Source: Candidatus Poribacteria bacterium (GTDB lineage Bacteria > Poribacteria > WGA-4E > PCPOR2b). From it: a DNA stretch of 64,000 nucleotides. The stretch lies in contig OZ244587.1 of NCBI GenBank assembly GCA_965218095.1, positions 1,344,001-1,408,000 of the forward strand, given 5' to 3'. The notes under the pieces were generated by a model that was given only the letters and a program-made list of their open reading frames with translations, did no database searches and was not told the DNA's origin. Position 1 is the stretch's first letter. Every line of letters starts with the position of its first letter. Positions 34,078-42,822 of the stretch are shown here, piece by piece. The position numbers and the translations under genes are program-made.

Positions 34078-34257
34078 ATGCCCTCATCTGTTTATCATGC
34101 AGTCGTTAGGCAAAAAGGCAACTGGTGGATTGGTTGGATTCAGGAAATTCCGGGTGTAAATTGTCAAGAACAGACTCGCGAAGAACTAATAGATACACTT
34201 GAAACTGCACCGAAAGAGTACGCACTTATAAGATTTAGACTTGAAATTAAGGCTTGA
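34078..34257 (+). CDS. HicB-like antitoxin (short or truncated, no HicA partner)
   Basis: YHAVVRQKGNWWIGWIQEIPGVNCQEQTREELIDTL is a HicB N-terminal pattern; AGGAGG RBS. Confidence 0.7.
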   Translation: MPSSVYHAVVRQKGNWWIGWIQEIPGVNCQEQTREELIDTLETAPKEYALIRFRLEIKA

Positions 34258-34315
34258 ACTTTGTTTGAAAATCTGATAAAATATAGTCTCAAATCCGCAT
34301 AAATAAAGGAGTTGA

Positions 34316-34648
34316 GTGGCTATGATTCAGATAAGTCGTCAAGCAAAGCTGGTTTGGAAAGATGCCGTTGAAAATGGCATCAAGTTTAAGATTATTGAGC
34401 AGGATGCCAAGTTAGAACCGAATTATGATGGCATGAAAGTTGGTGATGCCTCAACACTGTGTGTAGTCGAAGATATTAAATCTCGATATAAGGGACAAAT
34501 TAACCGATATGAAGGTGAGATAACACGATTAGTTATCTTCCGAACTCGGCTTGAAGAATTGTTGTCTATGCTCAGTGAATATCCGGTTGATGAGACAAAT
34601 CGAGACTTGATTAAGAGATGTATCGAGAAATTAGATGGGAAACTGTGA
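34316..34648 (+). CDS. Hypothetical protein (110 aa), cargo
   Basis: AAGGAG RBS before GTG; clean ORF inside the element. Confidence 0.6.
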   Translation: MAMIQISRQAKLVWKDAVENGIKFKIIEQDAKLEPNYDGMKVGDASTLCVVEDIKSRYKGQINRYEGEITRLVIFRTRLEELLSMLSEYPVDETNRDLIKRCIEKLDGKL

Positions 34649-34732
34649 TAAAGAGTTAGCCCAACCCATTGGCTACGTGGCTTCCAAATCGGTTTCGATC
34701 CCGATCAGATCGGGGCAGGAAAACAATTCCCA

Positions 34733-34912
34733 ATGATAGAAATCGTTGAAACCCTCTTAGTCCTGATAACTGGTTTAATTTTGGCTTCACTCGGTTGGGG
34801 CTGTCGGGACTTAATTGTGAAAGGAGGCTATTATGACTTGGATGACCCTTGGCCAAATCGGAGCGATTATTGTATCACCGGCGGTCATGCTTTATATCGC
34901 CACGATGATTAA
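34733..34912 (+). CDS. Small single-TM peptide, paralog of 16967-17077
   Basis: MIEIVETLLVLITGLILASLGWGCRDLIVK...; DNA similarity of 34732-34822 to 16966-17056. Confidence 0.45.
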   Translation: MIEIVETLLVLITGLILASLGWGCRDLIVKGGYYDLDDPWPNRSDYCITGGHALYRHDD

Positions 34913-35078
34913 CAAACGAATTGATGATTTGAAATCGAAGATGGATTCAGACCATGCGAACCTTGCGAAAATGGTAGAGGGAGTTCGTCAAGAGGTAAAA
35001 GATGTTCGCAACCATTTTGACAAGAGGCTTGATACTCCGAGCACCATTTTATCCTTTAAGGAGAGCAATTTCCAATGA
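34833..35078 (+). CDS. Small N-terminal TM plus coiled-coil protein
   Basis: AGGAGG RBS; LGQIGAIIVSPAVMLYIATMI then INKRIDDLKSKMD heptads. Confidence 0.7.
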   Translation: MTWMTLGQIGAIIVSPAVMLYIATMINKRIDDLKSKMDSDHANLAKMVEGVRQEVKDVRNHFDKRLDTPSTILSFKESNFQ

Positions 35079-35245
35079 AAAAGAAACAGACCCTTCGCAA
35101 ACGTTCTTCCAAAGACAAGATTATCAAATCTATCAAGGACACGCCGGAGAATGTGGCAAGAGCATTGTTCGGTATGAAGTCCACCCGCCAACCTAAATCC
35201 AAATCGCGAAAAAATGGAAGTGCCGAAATCTATGATTATCCGTAA
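35075..35245 (+). CDS. Small basic protein with DTPENVARALF motif next to the right end
   Basis: AAGGAG RBS and ATGA overlap; 56 aa, K/R-rich; ends 5 nt before IRR. Confidence 0.55.
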   Translation: MKKKQTLRKRSSKDKIIKSIKDTPENVARALFGMKSTRQPKSKSRKNGSAEIYDYP

Positions 35246-35284
35246 GTTTCGGCACTATCCGATATAATTCCCTAAAAAAACACC

Positions 35285-35485
35285 TTATCCCCGGCAGATT
35301 ACATTTTGGCCCCCCCCCCCCCCCTTCCGTGATGACTTCGTAAGGGATGTCCAAATCATCCAGAATCTTGAGGTGCGATTTGGCGATTTCGTAAGTCTCG
35401 TCAGCGAAGCGGACGACACGCATTCGTTTCGCCGGCGCGACGAAACCTTCTCCCTCGCAGCGTCTGTAAATCTGATCTTTACCAT
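35285..35485 (-). pseudogene. Frameshifted small hypothetical gene containing a G15 tract
   Basis: GGAGG RBS, MVKIRFTDAAREK.. continuing in another frame as MRVVRFADETYEIAKSHLKILDDLDIPYEVITE. Confidence 0.35.
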
Positions 35486-35567
35486 CTGAGGGTGCCCTCC
35501 ATCCTTAGAGTCTATCCTAATCTTGCCTTTTTCTAAAAAATTTGCCAGCATCTACCGCATATTTTAT

Positions 35568-35744
35568 GGGAATTATATCAAATAGTGCCATTTTTTGGCA
35601 TTTAGAATGCCAAATAAATTTGACACTATGGCAGTAGTTTGGTATCATCGTATCAAATGTGTCAATGTACATAGGGATGTCTAAAATGGGTGCGAAAGTT
35701 AAAGCAGAACTTGATGAAATTCGTGAGATGTTAGCCGAAGCAGC
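35568..35744 (+). mobile_element. Second, truncated left end of the same element family
   Basis: 177-bp near-copy of 32559-32736 (IRL, palindrome, promoter, first 20 codons); no matching IRR seen. Confidence 0.85.
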
Positions 35745-36798
35745 AGAGATCTTGGGAAGCTATCGTACGAAATCTCTCAATAACCTCTGCGTGCGAAGCC
35801 GTGCCTGTTGTCCCAATCTTTGTCACCGTAATTGACGCGACGAGGTTTCCGACCTGCGCCGCTTCAACGTAGATGCTCCCATCCCGCCGAGAGGAACCGC
35901 AGAGCGTCGGCACAATGCCGGCCGAAACGCTATCCCCCGCTCCGACTGGATCTGTCTCTTGATCGAGCGGAATTCCCGGCACATGCTCAACCCGCCCATC
36001 GTAGAACACCAGAATTCCATGCTGACCGACAGTTACATAAACCGGCTTTCCTGTACGCTCTGCCAAGAGCCCCCCACACTGTTCTGCTTCCTCAATATCA
36101 ACTTCCTCACCCGTCCAATCCGGATTGACCGCCTGTTTTGCCTCAAATCGGTTTGGTTTGATAATAACGTGATAATACTTTCCCATCCGGCTGCGAGAAT
36201 CGGCAAAAAAGATCTTGTCGGGATATTTCACAGCAAGTCGGCAGATCTCCTCGCGCACCCGATCGGTGATGACCCCCCAATTGTCGTGCGGCATCTGATC
36301 CCCGACGATGACTCCTTCGACCATCGGCACACATTGATGGAGAGATCTGATCGCCATGTCCTCCACCTCAGATCGCATCGCTGATTGGTTTTCAACGTCG
36401 AATCGAGGTCCCTCCGTCTCCACGCCTTCGTAGCCACGATGGATGGGTTTGAGATAGGTCGGCGTAATGCAGTCCGGCGCGGAGATCATAAACTCCGTGA
36501 TGCACCCATTCGCCTCCAAGCAGTCAAGCAGAGTTCTGCCAAACCCATCCTCACCGATCACGCCCAGTGTGTAAACTTCTCCAACCTCTAACGCCCTGAG
36601 ATTGTTTGTCACTGTCCCCGCCGCACCAGGGCTATAGCGTTGACCCATGACAGGATTTGTGTACCAGGGGGTTTCCAGCGATAGAGTCGATTTCGTTTTG
36701 TCAATCAGCCAGTAGGCGTCGAGGTAAAAATCTCCAACAACCAGGATTTTTCGCTCTCTAAATCCCTCCAGAACGGTTTTTAGACACTCTTCGTTCAT
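35731..36798 (-). CDS. PfkB-family sugar kinase (HldE/RfaE kinase domain-like)
   Basis: ILVVGDFYLD.Y, PGAAGTV..NL, IKPNRFEA, DPVGAGDS. Confidence 0.85.
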   Translation of the reverse strand: MNEECLKTVLEGFRERKILVVGDFYLDAYWLIDKTKSTLSLETPWYTNPVMGQRYSPGAAGTVTNNLRALEVGEVYTLGVIGEDGFGRTLLDCLEANGCITEFMISAPDCITPTYLKPIHRGYEGVETEGPRFDVENQSAMRSEVEDMAIRSLHQCVPMVEGVIVGDQMPHDNWGVITDRVREEICRLAVKYPDKIFFADSRSRMGKYYHVIIKPNRFEAKQAVNPDWTGEEVDIEEAEQCGGLLAERTGKPVYVTVGQHGILVFYDGRVEHVPGIPLDQETDPVGAGDSVSAGIVPTLCGSSRRDGSIYVEAAQVGNLVASITVTKIGTTGTASHAEVIERFRTIASQDLCCFG

Positions 36799-37163
36799 CG
36801 CATCCCCTCTTTCATTTTACATTTCACGCCTAGTGTACCAAAGATTAACGCCATGATCAAATGAATTCGGATCGGGAGGGAAACCGTTCCCCGATAAGAT
36901 CGGGATGCAAAGGACTTGACCTTGACCCGATCTTGTGGTAAACTCGATTGAACTGATGTCGTATGCTACCCGTCCGTTAGGGTGTAAAATCGAAAGTGGG
37001 ATAATCCACTTGCCCCATTCGTTGATGTAAATATCCACACTACTGATGATAAATGGATTAATGTATCTTTTCTGATAGATTTGGGTGCGGACGGAACATA
37101 CTTGCCAAGTGAGTACATGGAAGATCTCGGTATCCAGTTCAACCGCAGAAGTCTGGAGTTCAG

Positions 37164-37703
37164 ATGGCGCTGTTTCTGCCTGCCCTGCTGCCCTGCGAGC
37201 GGTGGTGGATGGACGCGACAATCATCATGGGCAAGCGCAACCATTTCCGGTTCAGGCTAACCGATGAATTCGGGCTGCGATCACACTACCGTGACCCCGG
37301 CGAATTTGACAGTGAACTTGAGCGACGTTTTGCAACGCAGTTTGAGCAAGTCGAGACAGAGTGGACATTAGAACGTGAGACGGACATCATCAATCTCAAG
37401 GATACGGTGATGATTCCGGATTTCGCGTTCTCGCATCCCGACGGGCGGCAGGCGTTGATGGAGATCGTCGGATTCTGGATGCCGGATTACCTCCAGAAGA
37501 AGCTATGGAAACTGAAACAGGCGGGCATGCCCAACATGATCATCGCTGTGTCGGAGCAGTTGAACTGTTCGGCTGACGATTTTCGGGACATTGCCGGCGA
37601 GGTGCTGTTTTTCAAAACGCGGATTAAGCCGAAAGACGTACTGGAAAAGGTAGAAGGGTGTGCGATTTTGGAAGGGAAGTGTTCGATTGAAGATCAAGGA
37701 TAG
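37164..37703 (+). pseudogene. DUF790 (Bax1-like) endonuclease, C-terminal part only
   Basis: MALFLPALL, FDSELERRFA, W.LERE..I.L..TVMIPDFAF.H.DG...MEIVGFW.PDYL.KKL; N-terminal half missing. Confidence 0.7.
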
Positions 37704-38658
37704 TAAAATCGTTGTCATTGGCGGCGCCGGTTTCATCGGTTCGCACATTGTTGAAGCGCTCATCGAAGAAAATGTGGGGCGAATTGTCATTTTCGACAAT
37801 TTCACCAGAGGCAATCACGAAAACATTCGAGATGGCGTCAAGGATGAGCGTGTCGAACCTTACGAAGGCGACATCACGCATACCGACATCCTGGATGACG
37901 CCTTAAAAGGCGCGGATTACGTTTTCCATCTAGCGGCGTTGTGGCTGAGACACTGTTATGATTTTCCACGAGCGGCGTTCGAGGTCAATATCGGCGGCGC
38001 CTTCAACGTCCTAGAAGCATGCGTCAAAAATGGAATCAAGAAACTGATTTATTCCTCGTCCGCTTCTGTCTACGGCGACGCCGTCGAGATTCCAATGACA
38101 GAGAACCATCCGTACAACAACCGAACCTTCTACGGCGCGACGAAGATCGCCGGCGAGCAGATGTGTCGCGCTTTTTATGACCGATATGGCCTGAACTATG
38201 TCGGTTTGCGCTACATGAATGTCTATGGACCCCGTCAGGATTACAAGTCCACATACACGGGTGTGATTATGAAAGTGCTGGACCGGATCGATCAAGACGA
38301 TCCGCCGATTGTTTACGGCGATGGCTCGCAGGCGTACGACTTTGTCCATGTGACCGATGTTGCGAAGGCGAATGTTTGCGCGTTAAAGAGCGATGCAACG
38401 GACGATTTTTACAACGTGGGTCGCGGGGTGAAGACCACAATCAGAGAGTTGGCCGAGTTAATGCTTGACCTGACGCAGTGCGGGCTCGACATCCATTACG
38501 AACCCGCCGGTCTGACTTTCGTGACCCATCGAATCGGCGCGACGGAAAAAGCAGAGCGTGAACTTCGATTCAAAGCCGAAACCGACCTGCAGGAAGGCTT
38601 AATCAGCGTAATTAAATGGCGGAATGCGCAACCGGATACAGGAGTTTATCCCGTATGA
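37687..38658 (+). CDS. NAD-dependent epimerase/dehydratase
   Basis: GGAGFIG, SSSASVYG, YGATK, LRYMNVYGPRQ; TTG start inferred. Confidence 0.92.
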   Translation: MKIKDSKIVVIGGAGFIGSHIVEALIEENVGRIVIFDNFTRGNHENIRDGVKDERVEPYEGDITHTDILDDALKGADYVFHLAALWLRHCYDFPRAAFEVNIGGAFNVLEACVKNGIKKLIYSSSASVYGDAVEIPMTENHPYNNRTFYGATKIAGEQMCRAFYDRYGLNYVGLRYMNVYGPRQDYKSTYTGVIMKVLDRIDQDDPPIVYGDGSQAYDFVHVTDVAKANVCALKSDATDDFYNVGRGVKTTIRELAELMLDLTQCGLDIHYEPAGLTFVTHRIGATEKAERELRFKAETDLQEGLISVIKWRNAQPDTGVYPV

Positions 38659-39812
38659 ACGTCCCTATCACAAAGCCTTATTTTGATGAAGCTGAAATGC
38701 AGGCGGTCACCAAACCGTTGGAAACAGGGTGGGTCGTTCAAGGTCCCTGCGTTGCGGAGTTTGAGCATCTATTTGCTGCATACACAGGCGCGGCTTATGC
38801 CAAAGCGACGACCTCTTGCACGACAGCGCTCCATCTCGTCCTAATTGCGTGCGGGATTTCAGCAGGAGACGAGGTGCTCGTCCCCGCCTTCACCTATGTC
38901 GCCTCCGCAAATGTGGTGGAATACGAGAATGCGACGCCGGTTTTTGTGGATATTGACCTCAGAACTTTTAATATCGATATGGACAGATTAGAAGCGGCCC
39001 TCACGTCAAAAACGAAAGCGATCATGCCCGTGCACCTGTTCGGTCTGTGCGCCGAAATGGACGTGGTCGTGGAAGTCGCTCAGAAACACGGGTTGGCTGT
39101 GATTGAGGACGCCGCGTGCGCGGTTGGGTCGCTCTACAAAGGCAAGCACGCCGGGACTTTTGGGGACGCCGGTTGTTTCAGCTTTCACCCGCGTAAAATT
39201 ATCTGCACCGGCGAAGGCGGTATGCTGACGACCAATCACTCAAATCTTGCAAATCAAGTTGAAATCATGCGTTCACATGGGGGTTCGGTGTCAGATCTGG
39301 AACGTCATAGGAAAGACGTTTATCTCATGCCGGAACACAACATAGTCGGATATAATTACCGGATGACCGATTTTCAAGGCGCGATTGGGGTTCAGCAGAT
39401 GAAAAAGCTGAACTGGATTGTCGCGCGTCGAAATGAACTCGCAGATCGATATACCCAGGTCTTCAACAAAGTTCCCGGCGTCACACCGCCGCATGTTCCC
39501 GAATATTGCCGCCACACCTACCAATCCTATGTGGTCGCTGTCAAGGACGACTGCGTGCTTTCACGAAATGAACTGTGCGCAAAACTTCAAGCCAGAGGAA
39601 TTGCTACTCGACAAGCCACCCACGCCGTGCATCTGCTCGGCTACTACAAAAGCAAGTACGGTCTGAAACCGGAAGATTTTCCGATGGCATGGAAGGCGGA
39701 TGAACAGAGCATGACGCTGCCTCTCTACCCGCAAATGACTGAGGCAGAGCAGGATCACGTCATTGATAATCTGCTAGCGATTTTAGAGGGCAAAGATTTA
39801 GGAGGCCAATAG
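38655..39812 (+). CDS. DegT/DnrJ/EryC1/StrS sugar aminotransferase
   Basis: SCTTALHL, PVHLFG, IEDAACA, FSFHPRK, GEGGM, GYNYRMTD. Confidence 0.93.
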   Translation: MNVPITKPYFDEAEMQAVTKPLETGWVVQGPCVAEFEHLFAAYTGAAYAKATTSCTTALHLVLIACGISAGDEVLVPAFTYVASANVVEYENATPVFVDIDLRTFNIDMDRLEAALTSKTKAIMPVHLFGLCAEMDVVVEVAQKHGLAVIEDAACAVGSLYKGKHAGTFGDAGCFSFHPRKIICTGEGGMLTTNHSNLANQVEIMRSHGGSVSDLERHRKDVYLMPEHNIVGYNYRMTDFQGAIGVQQMKKLNWIVARRNELADRYTQVFNKVPGVTPPHVPEYCRHTYQSYVVAVKDDCVLSRNELCAKLQARGIATRQATHAVHLLGYYKSKYGLKPEDFPMAWKADEQSMTLPLYPQMTEAEQDHVIDNLLAILEGKDLGGQ

Positions 39813-39821
39813 CATGAGGAC

Positions 39822-40207
39822 TTGCTCGGAATTGACGCCGGAAGCATGGAAGCATATCGTGCGACAGTGCGACAACGTGGGGAAAAAGCAAAGCGGGAGT
39901 GGGCCAAACGACGTGAGCGTGCATGGAATATAGCGGAGCAGGCGACAATGCTGTTGCGACAATGCTGTTGAAGGAGAAGTTTGGGGCCGTTCAGGTGGCA
40001 GTATTTGGATCGCTTGTTCATGGGCATTGGTTTTCTCCGACATCGGACATCGACTTATCCGTCTGGGGCTTGAAATATGAAGACTACTTCGTCGCTGTCG
40101 CCAAACTCCAAGGACTCTCGCCGGAGTTTAAGATTGATCTCGTATCGACGGAGCATTGTAAACCATCGTTAAGGGAGGTCATCATACAGGAAGGAAAATT
40201 GCTATGA
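39822..40207 (+). pseudogene. Minimal nucleotidyltransferase (MNT antitoxin), frameshifted
   Basis: VFGSL...SDIDL motif; 14-bp tandem duplication GCGACAATGCTGTT at 39942-39969 shifts the frame. Confidence 0.75.
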
Positions 40208-40458
40208 AGCAAACCTACCTAACTGTTGCAGGCCGCATTCGGCGTGAGTTACAGGAGTTAACGCAAGTCGTTGAGCGGACAATAAACATCTGGCAGCAAG
40301 AAATACAATCTTCTGATGATTACGTGGACGCAACGGCGTTGAACCTGCCCGGCTTTTACGCTGGAATAGAGCGTGTGTTTGAGATTATTATGGAGCAAGT
40401 TTCGCAAGAACTGCTCGCGTTCGCTGATTTTCTGGAACAAGCAGCGGTAGATAGTTGA
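40204..40458 (+). pseudogene. HEPN toxin (HepT-like), internally deleted
   Basis: RIRREL..L..VV, ALNL.GFY.GIERVFEII; only 84 aa, lacks the RX4H/RX6 catalytic segment; ATGA overlap with the MNT gene. Confidence 0.65.
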
Positions 40459-40478
40459 ATCCACCGACTTTGCATTTA

Positions 40479-40579
40479 GAGTCTATCCGGAAAATAACCT
40501 CACCCCCGGCCCCTCTCCCGATCTGGGTAGGGAGCCGGGGTTAGGTTTTTACAGTTAAACGGACTCCCCGGATAGGCTT
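40479..40579. mobile_element. MITE (101 bp) with TTA target duplication and internal hairpin
   Basis: Ends GAGTCTATCCGG / CCGGATAGGCTT flanked by TTA; internal AACCT..CCCCGGC..CCC / GGG..GCCGGGG..AGGTT stem. Confidence 0.6.
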
Positions 40580-40615
40580 TTAGTGGTCTTCTCGCTTAGT
40601 CGGTATGGTCTGCTG

Positions 40616-40677
40616 AGATCTTTCACTTCGCTCAAGATGACAGAATTTGTCATTCTGAGCCGAAGGCGGAGAATCTC
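40616..40677. repeat. Inverted REP pair (GTCATTCTGAGC..GAATCT type)
   Basis: AGATCTTTCACTTCGCTCAAGATGACA-gaatt-TGTCATTCTGAGCCGAAGGCGGAGAATCT. Confidence 0.6.
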
Positions 40678-40735
40678 ACCGTTCCCTATGAGTTTAGCAG
40701 AAGAACCACTTAGTACGAAATAAACAATACGTTCT

Positions 40736-42766
40736 ATGTGCGGCATTACCGGAGCAATATCCCTCAATCATAGTCCCCTCGAAGTGAATCGTCTGAAACC
40801 GATGGTGGACATTATCTCCCACAGGGGCCCTGATGATGCCGGGTATCTCGTCTGGCAGACGGGCGTACATCACCTGCGTGGGTTCTCGCATAGCCAAGAT
40901 TTCACGGATAGCCAATTTCGAGATATTTGTCCACTCTCCCCTGTCATTGATTCCCCGTTGGGCCAGGAAAGGTTGGCTTCCGAAAAATGGGATCTGTTTT
41001 TCGGACATCGGCGGTTGTCGATTATTGATCTTTCCCCGCGTGGACATCAACCGATGTGCGATAAGCTGCGTGAAATTTGGCTGACCTATAATGGGGAGAT
41101 CTATAATTTCAAGGAACTGCGTCAAGAATTGAAGGGGCTCGGTTATGACTTCGTCAGCACGTCCGACACAGAAGTCATCATTCACGCCTACCGCGAGTGG
41201 GGCGCCAACTGTATCCAGCGATTCAACGGCATGTTCGCCTTTGCCCTGTACGATGATCGGGCGAAAAAAGTTCTGCTCACCCGAGATCGCTATGGGGTTA
41301 AGCCGCTCTACTACACAGTCACGGAGGGCGGTACGTTTCTATTCGCTTCCGAGATTAAGTCGATTCTCAGCTATCTGCCCGCTTGCCCCGTCGTAGACCT
41401 CGCGGCGCTCAACGAATATTTTTCATTCCAAAACATCTTCAGTGCTCGCACCCTCTTTGCCGGGGTGAAGTTGCTCCTGCCGGGGCGTTATATGGAGATT
41501 GATCTATTGAGCGGGACGATCCGCGGCAAACGATACTGGGATTTCGATTTCAGTCAAGAGATGGAGGTTTCTGAGGGCGAAATTGAAGACCGACTCTACG
41601 GGCTGTTGACGCAAGCGGTCAAACGGCAGTGCGTCAGCGACGTCCCCATCGGCAGCTACCTGAGCGGCGGCATGGATTCCGGCAGTGTGACCGCCATTAC
41701 CGCCTCTGCCTTCGGGCGCATCTCCACGTTTACAACAGGCTTTGATCTCTCGGAAGCCGCCGCCCATGAGATGAGTTTCGATGAACGAGAGTTAGCCGAG
41801 CACATGGCGAACCTGTTTCAAACGGAGCATTACGAGTGTGTGCTGCACTCCGGGGATATGGAAGCAATCATGCCGAATCTGATCTGGCATCTGGAAGATT
41901 TGCGTGTGGGACAGTGTTATCCGAACTACTATATCGCACGCCTGGCGAGCAAGTTTGTCAAGGTGGTCATGTCTGGAATAGGCGGAGATGAGTTATTCGG
42001 TGGCTATCCCTGGCGGTACGCAGCAGCAATTGGGAATAACCTCGGAAGCTATACCGACAATTATTACTACTACTGGCAGCGATTGGTCCGCAATAAAGAG
42101 AAATCTCTACTTTTCAACCAGGGCGTCGGAGAGCGATTGCGGAAAATGAATATTGATGGCGCGATTCCTTTCAAGAACCATACCATGACGGCCTTCCGAA
42201 ACGTCTATCCTAGAGAGATTCAATGCAACAGTATTGAGGAACAGATCAACCACTCGCTCTACTTTGAATGCAAGACGTTTCTACACGGCTTGCTTGTGGT
42301 TGAGGACAAAATTTCGATGGCGCACTCCCTCGAAACACGCGTGCCGTTTCTCGACAATGATTTGGTCGATTTCGCCTGTCAAGTCCCCGTGCGTCACAAG
42401 ATTGCGAATCTGCATAACCTGAAATCATTCGATGAGAATGTTCCGCGGAAGAAACGAATTTACATGGACAGGACGGATGTCGGTAAGAGTGCGCTGCGCA
42501 AAACGATGGAAAGGATTATTCCTGAGTCGATTACGCGAGCCAAAAAGCAGGGCTTCAGCGCACCTGATGAATCGTGGTTTCGCGGCCGGAGCGAAAAATA
42601 TGTGCGGGACCTCCTGCTGGATGATAGGGCACGCATTAACGAATATCTCAATCCCGAATATGTGCGAAGGATTATCGAGCTCCATACTTCCGGCGCACAG
42701 AACAAACGGCTCCTAATCTGGTCGTTGTTAAGCTTTGAGTGGTGGCTGAAGAAGTTTATGGATTGA
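40736..42766 (+). CDS. asnB: Asparagine synthase (glutamine-hydrolyzing)-like amidotransferase of the polysaccharide locus
   Basis: N-terminal MCGI, HRGPD, HRRLSIID, NGEIYNF, LSGGMDS, SG.GGDELFGGY, E.RVPFLD. Confidence 0.92.
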   Translation: MCGITGAISLNHSPLEVNRLKPMVDIISHRGPDDAGYLVWQTGVHHLRGFSHSQDFTDSQFRDICPLSPVIDSPLGQERLASEKWDLFFGHRRLSIIDLSPRGHQPMCDKLREIWLTYNGEIYNFKELRQELKGLGYDFVSTSDTEVIIHAYREWGANCIQRFNGMFAFALYDDRAKKVLLTRDRYGVKPLYYTVTEGGTFLFASEIKSILSYLPACPVVDLAALNEYFSFQNIFSARTLFAGVKLLLPGRYMEIDLLSGTIRGKRYWDFDFSQEMEVSEGEIEDRLYGLLTQAVKRQCVSDVPIGSYLSGGMDSGSVTAITASAFGRISTFTTGFDLSEAAAHEMSFDERELAEHMANLFQTEHYECVLHSGDMEAIMPNLIWHLEDLRVGQCYPNYYIARLASKFVKVVMSGIGGDELFGGYPWRYAAAIGNNLGSYTDNYYYYWQRLVRNKEKSLLFNQGVGERLRKMNIDGAIPFKNHTMTAFRNVYPREIQCNSIEEQINHSLYFECKTFLHGLLVVEDKISMAHSLETRVPFLDNDLVDFACQVPVRHKIANLHNLKSFDENVPRKKRIYMDRTDVGKSALRKTMERIIPESITRAKKQGFSAPDESWFRGRSEKYVRDLLLDDRARINEYLNPEYVRRIIELHTSGAQNKRLLIWSLLSFEWWLKKFMD

Positions 42767-42822
42767 GGATTAAAGATTGGAGATGACGATCCATTAAACA
42801 ATCTACAAGGAGGAGACATGAA

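Larger units (their letters stand above)
32559..35272 (+). mobile_element. Non-autonomous IS1595-family-like (ISNwi1-type ends) cassette element carrying passenger genes
   Basis: IRL GGGAATTATATCGAATAGTGCC (32559-32580), IRR GGCACTATCCGATATAATTCCC (35251-35272), 21/22 match; 8-bp direct repeat TAAAAAAA at 32551-32558 and 35273-35280; no transposase ORF inside. Confidence 0.85.

Noticed and set aside
33047-34080. CRISPR array or classical integron attC array
   Set aside because: Spacing is irregular and the spacers are protein-coding genes. No cas or intI gene is present and no attC R''/R' hairpin was seen.
32559-35744. Reading the two 177-bp direct repeats as LTR-like or att-like boundaries of one element
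   Set aside because: The inverted repeat at 35251-35272 plus the 8-bp duplication defines the true right end, so the second repeat is a separate truncated left end.
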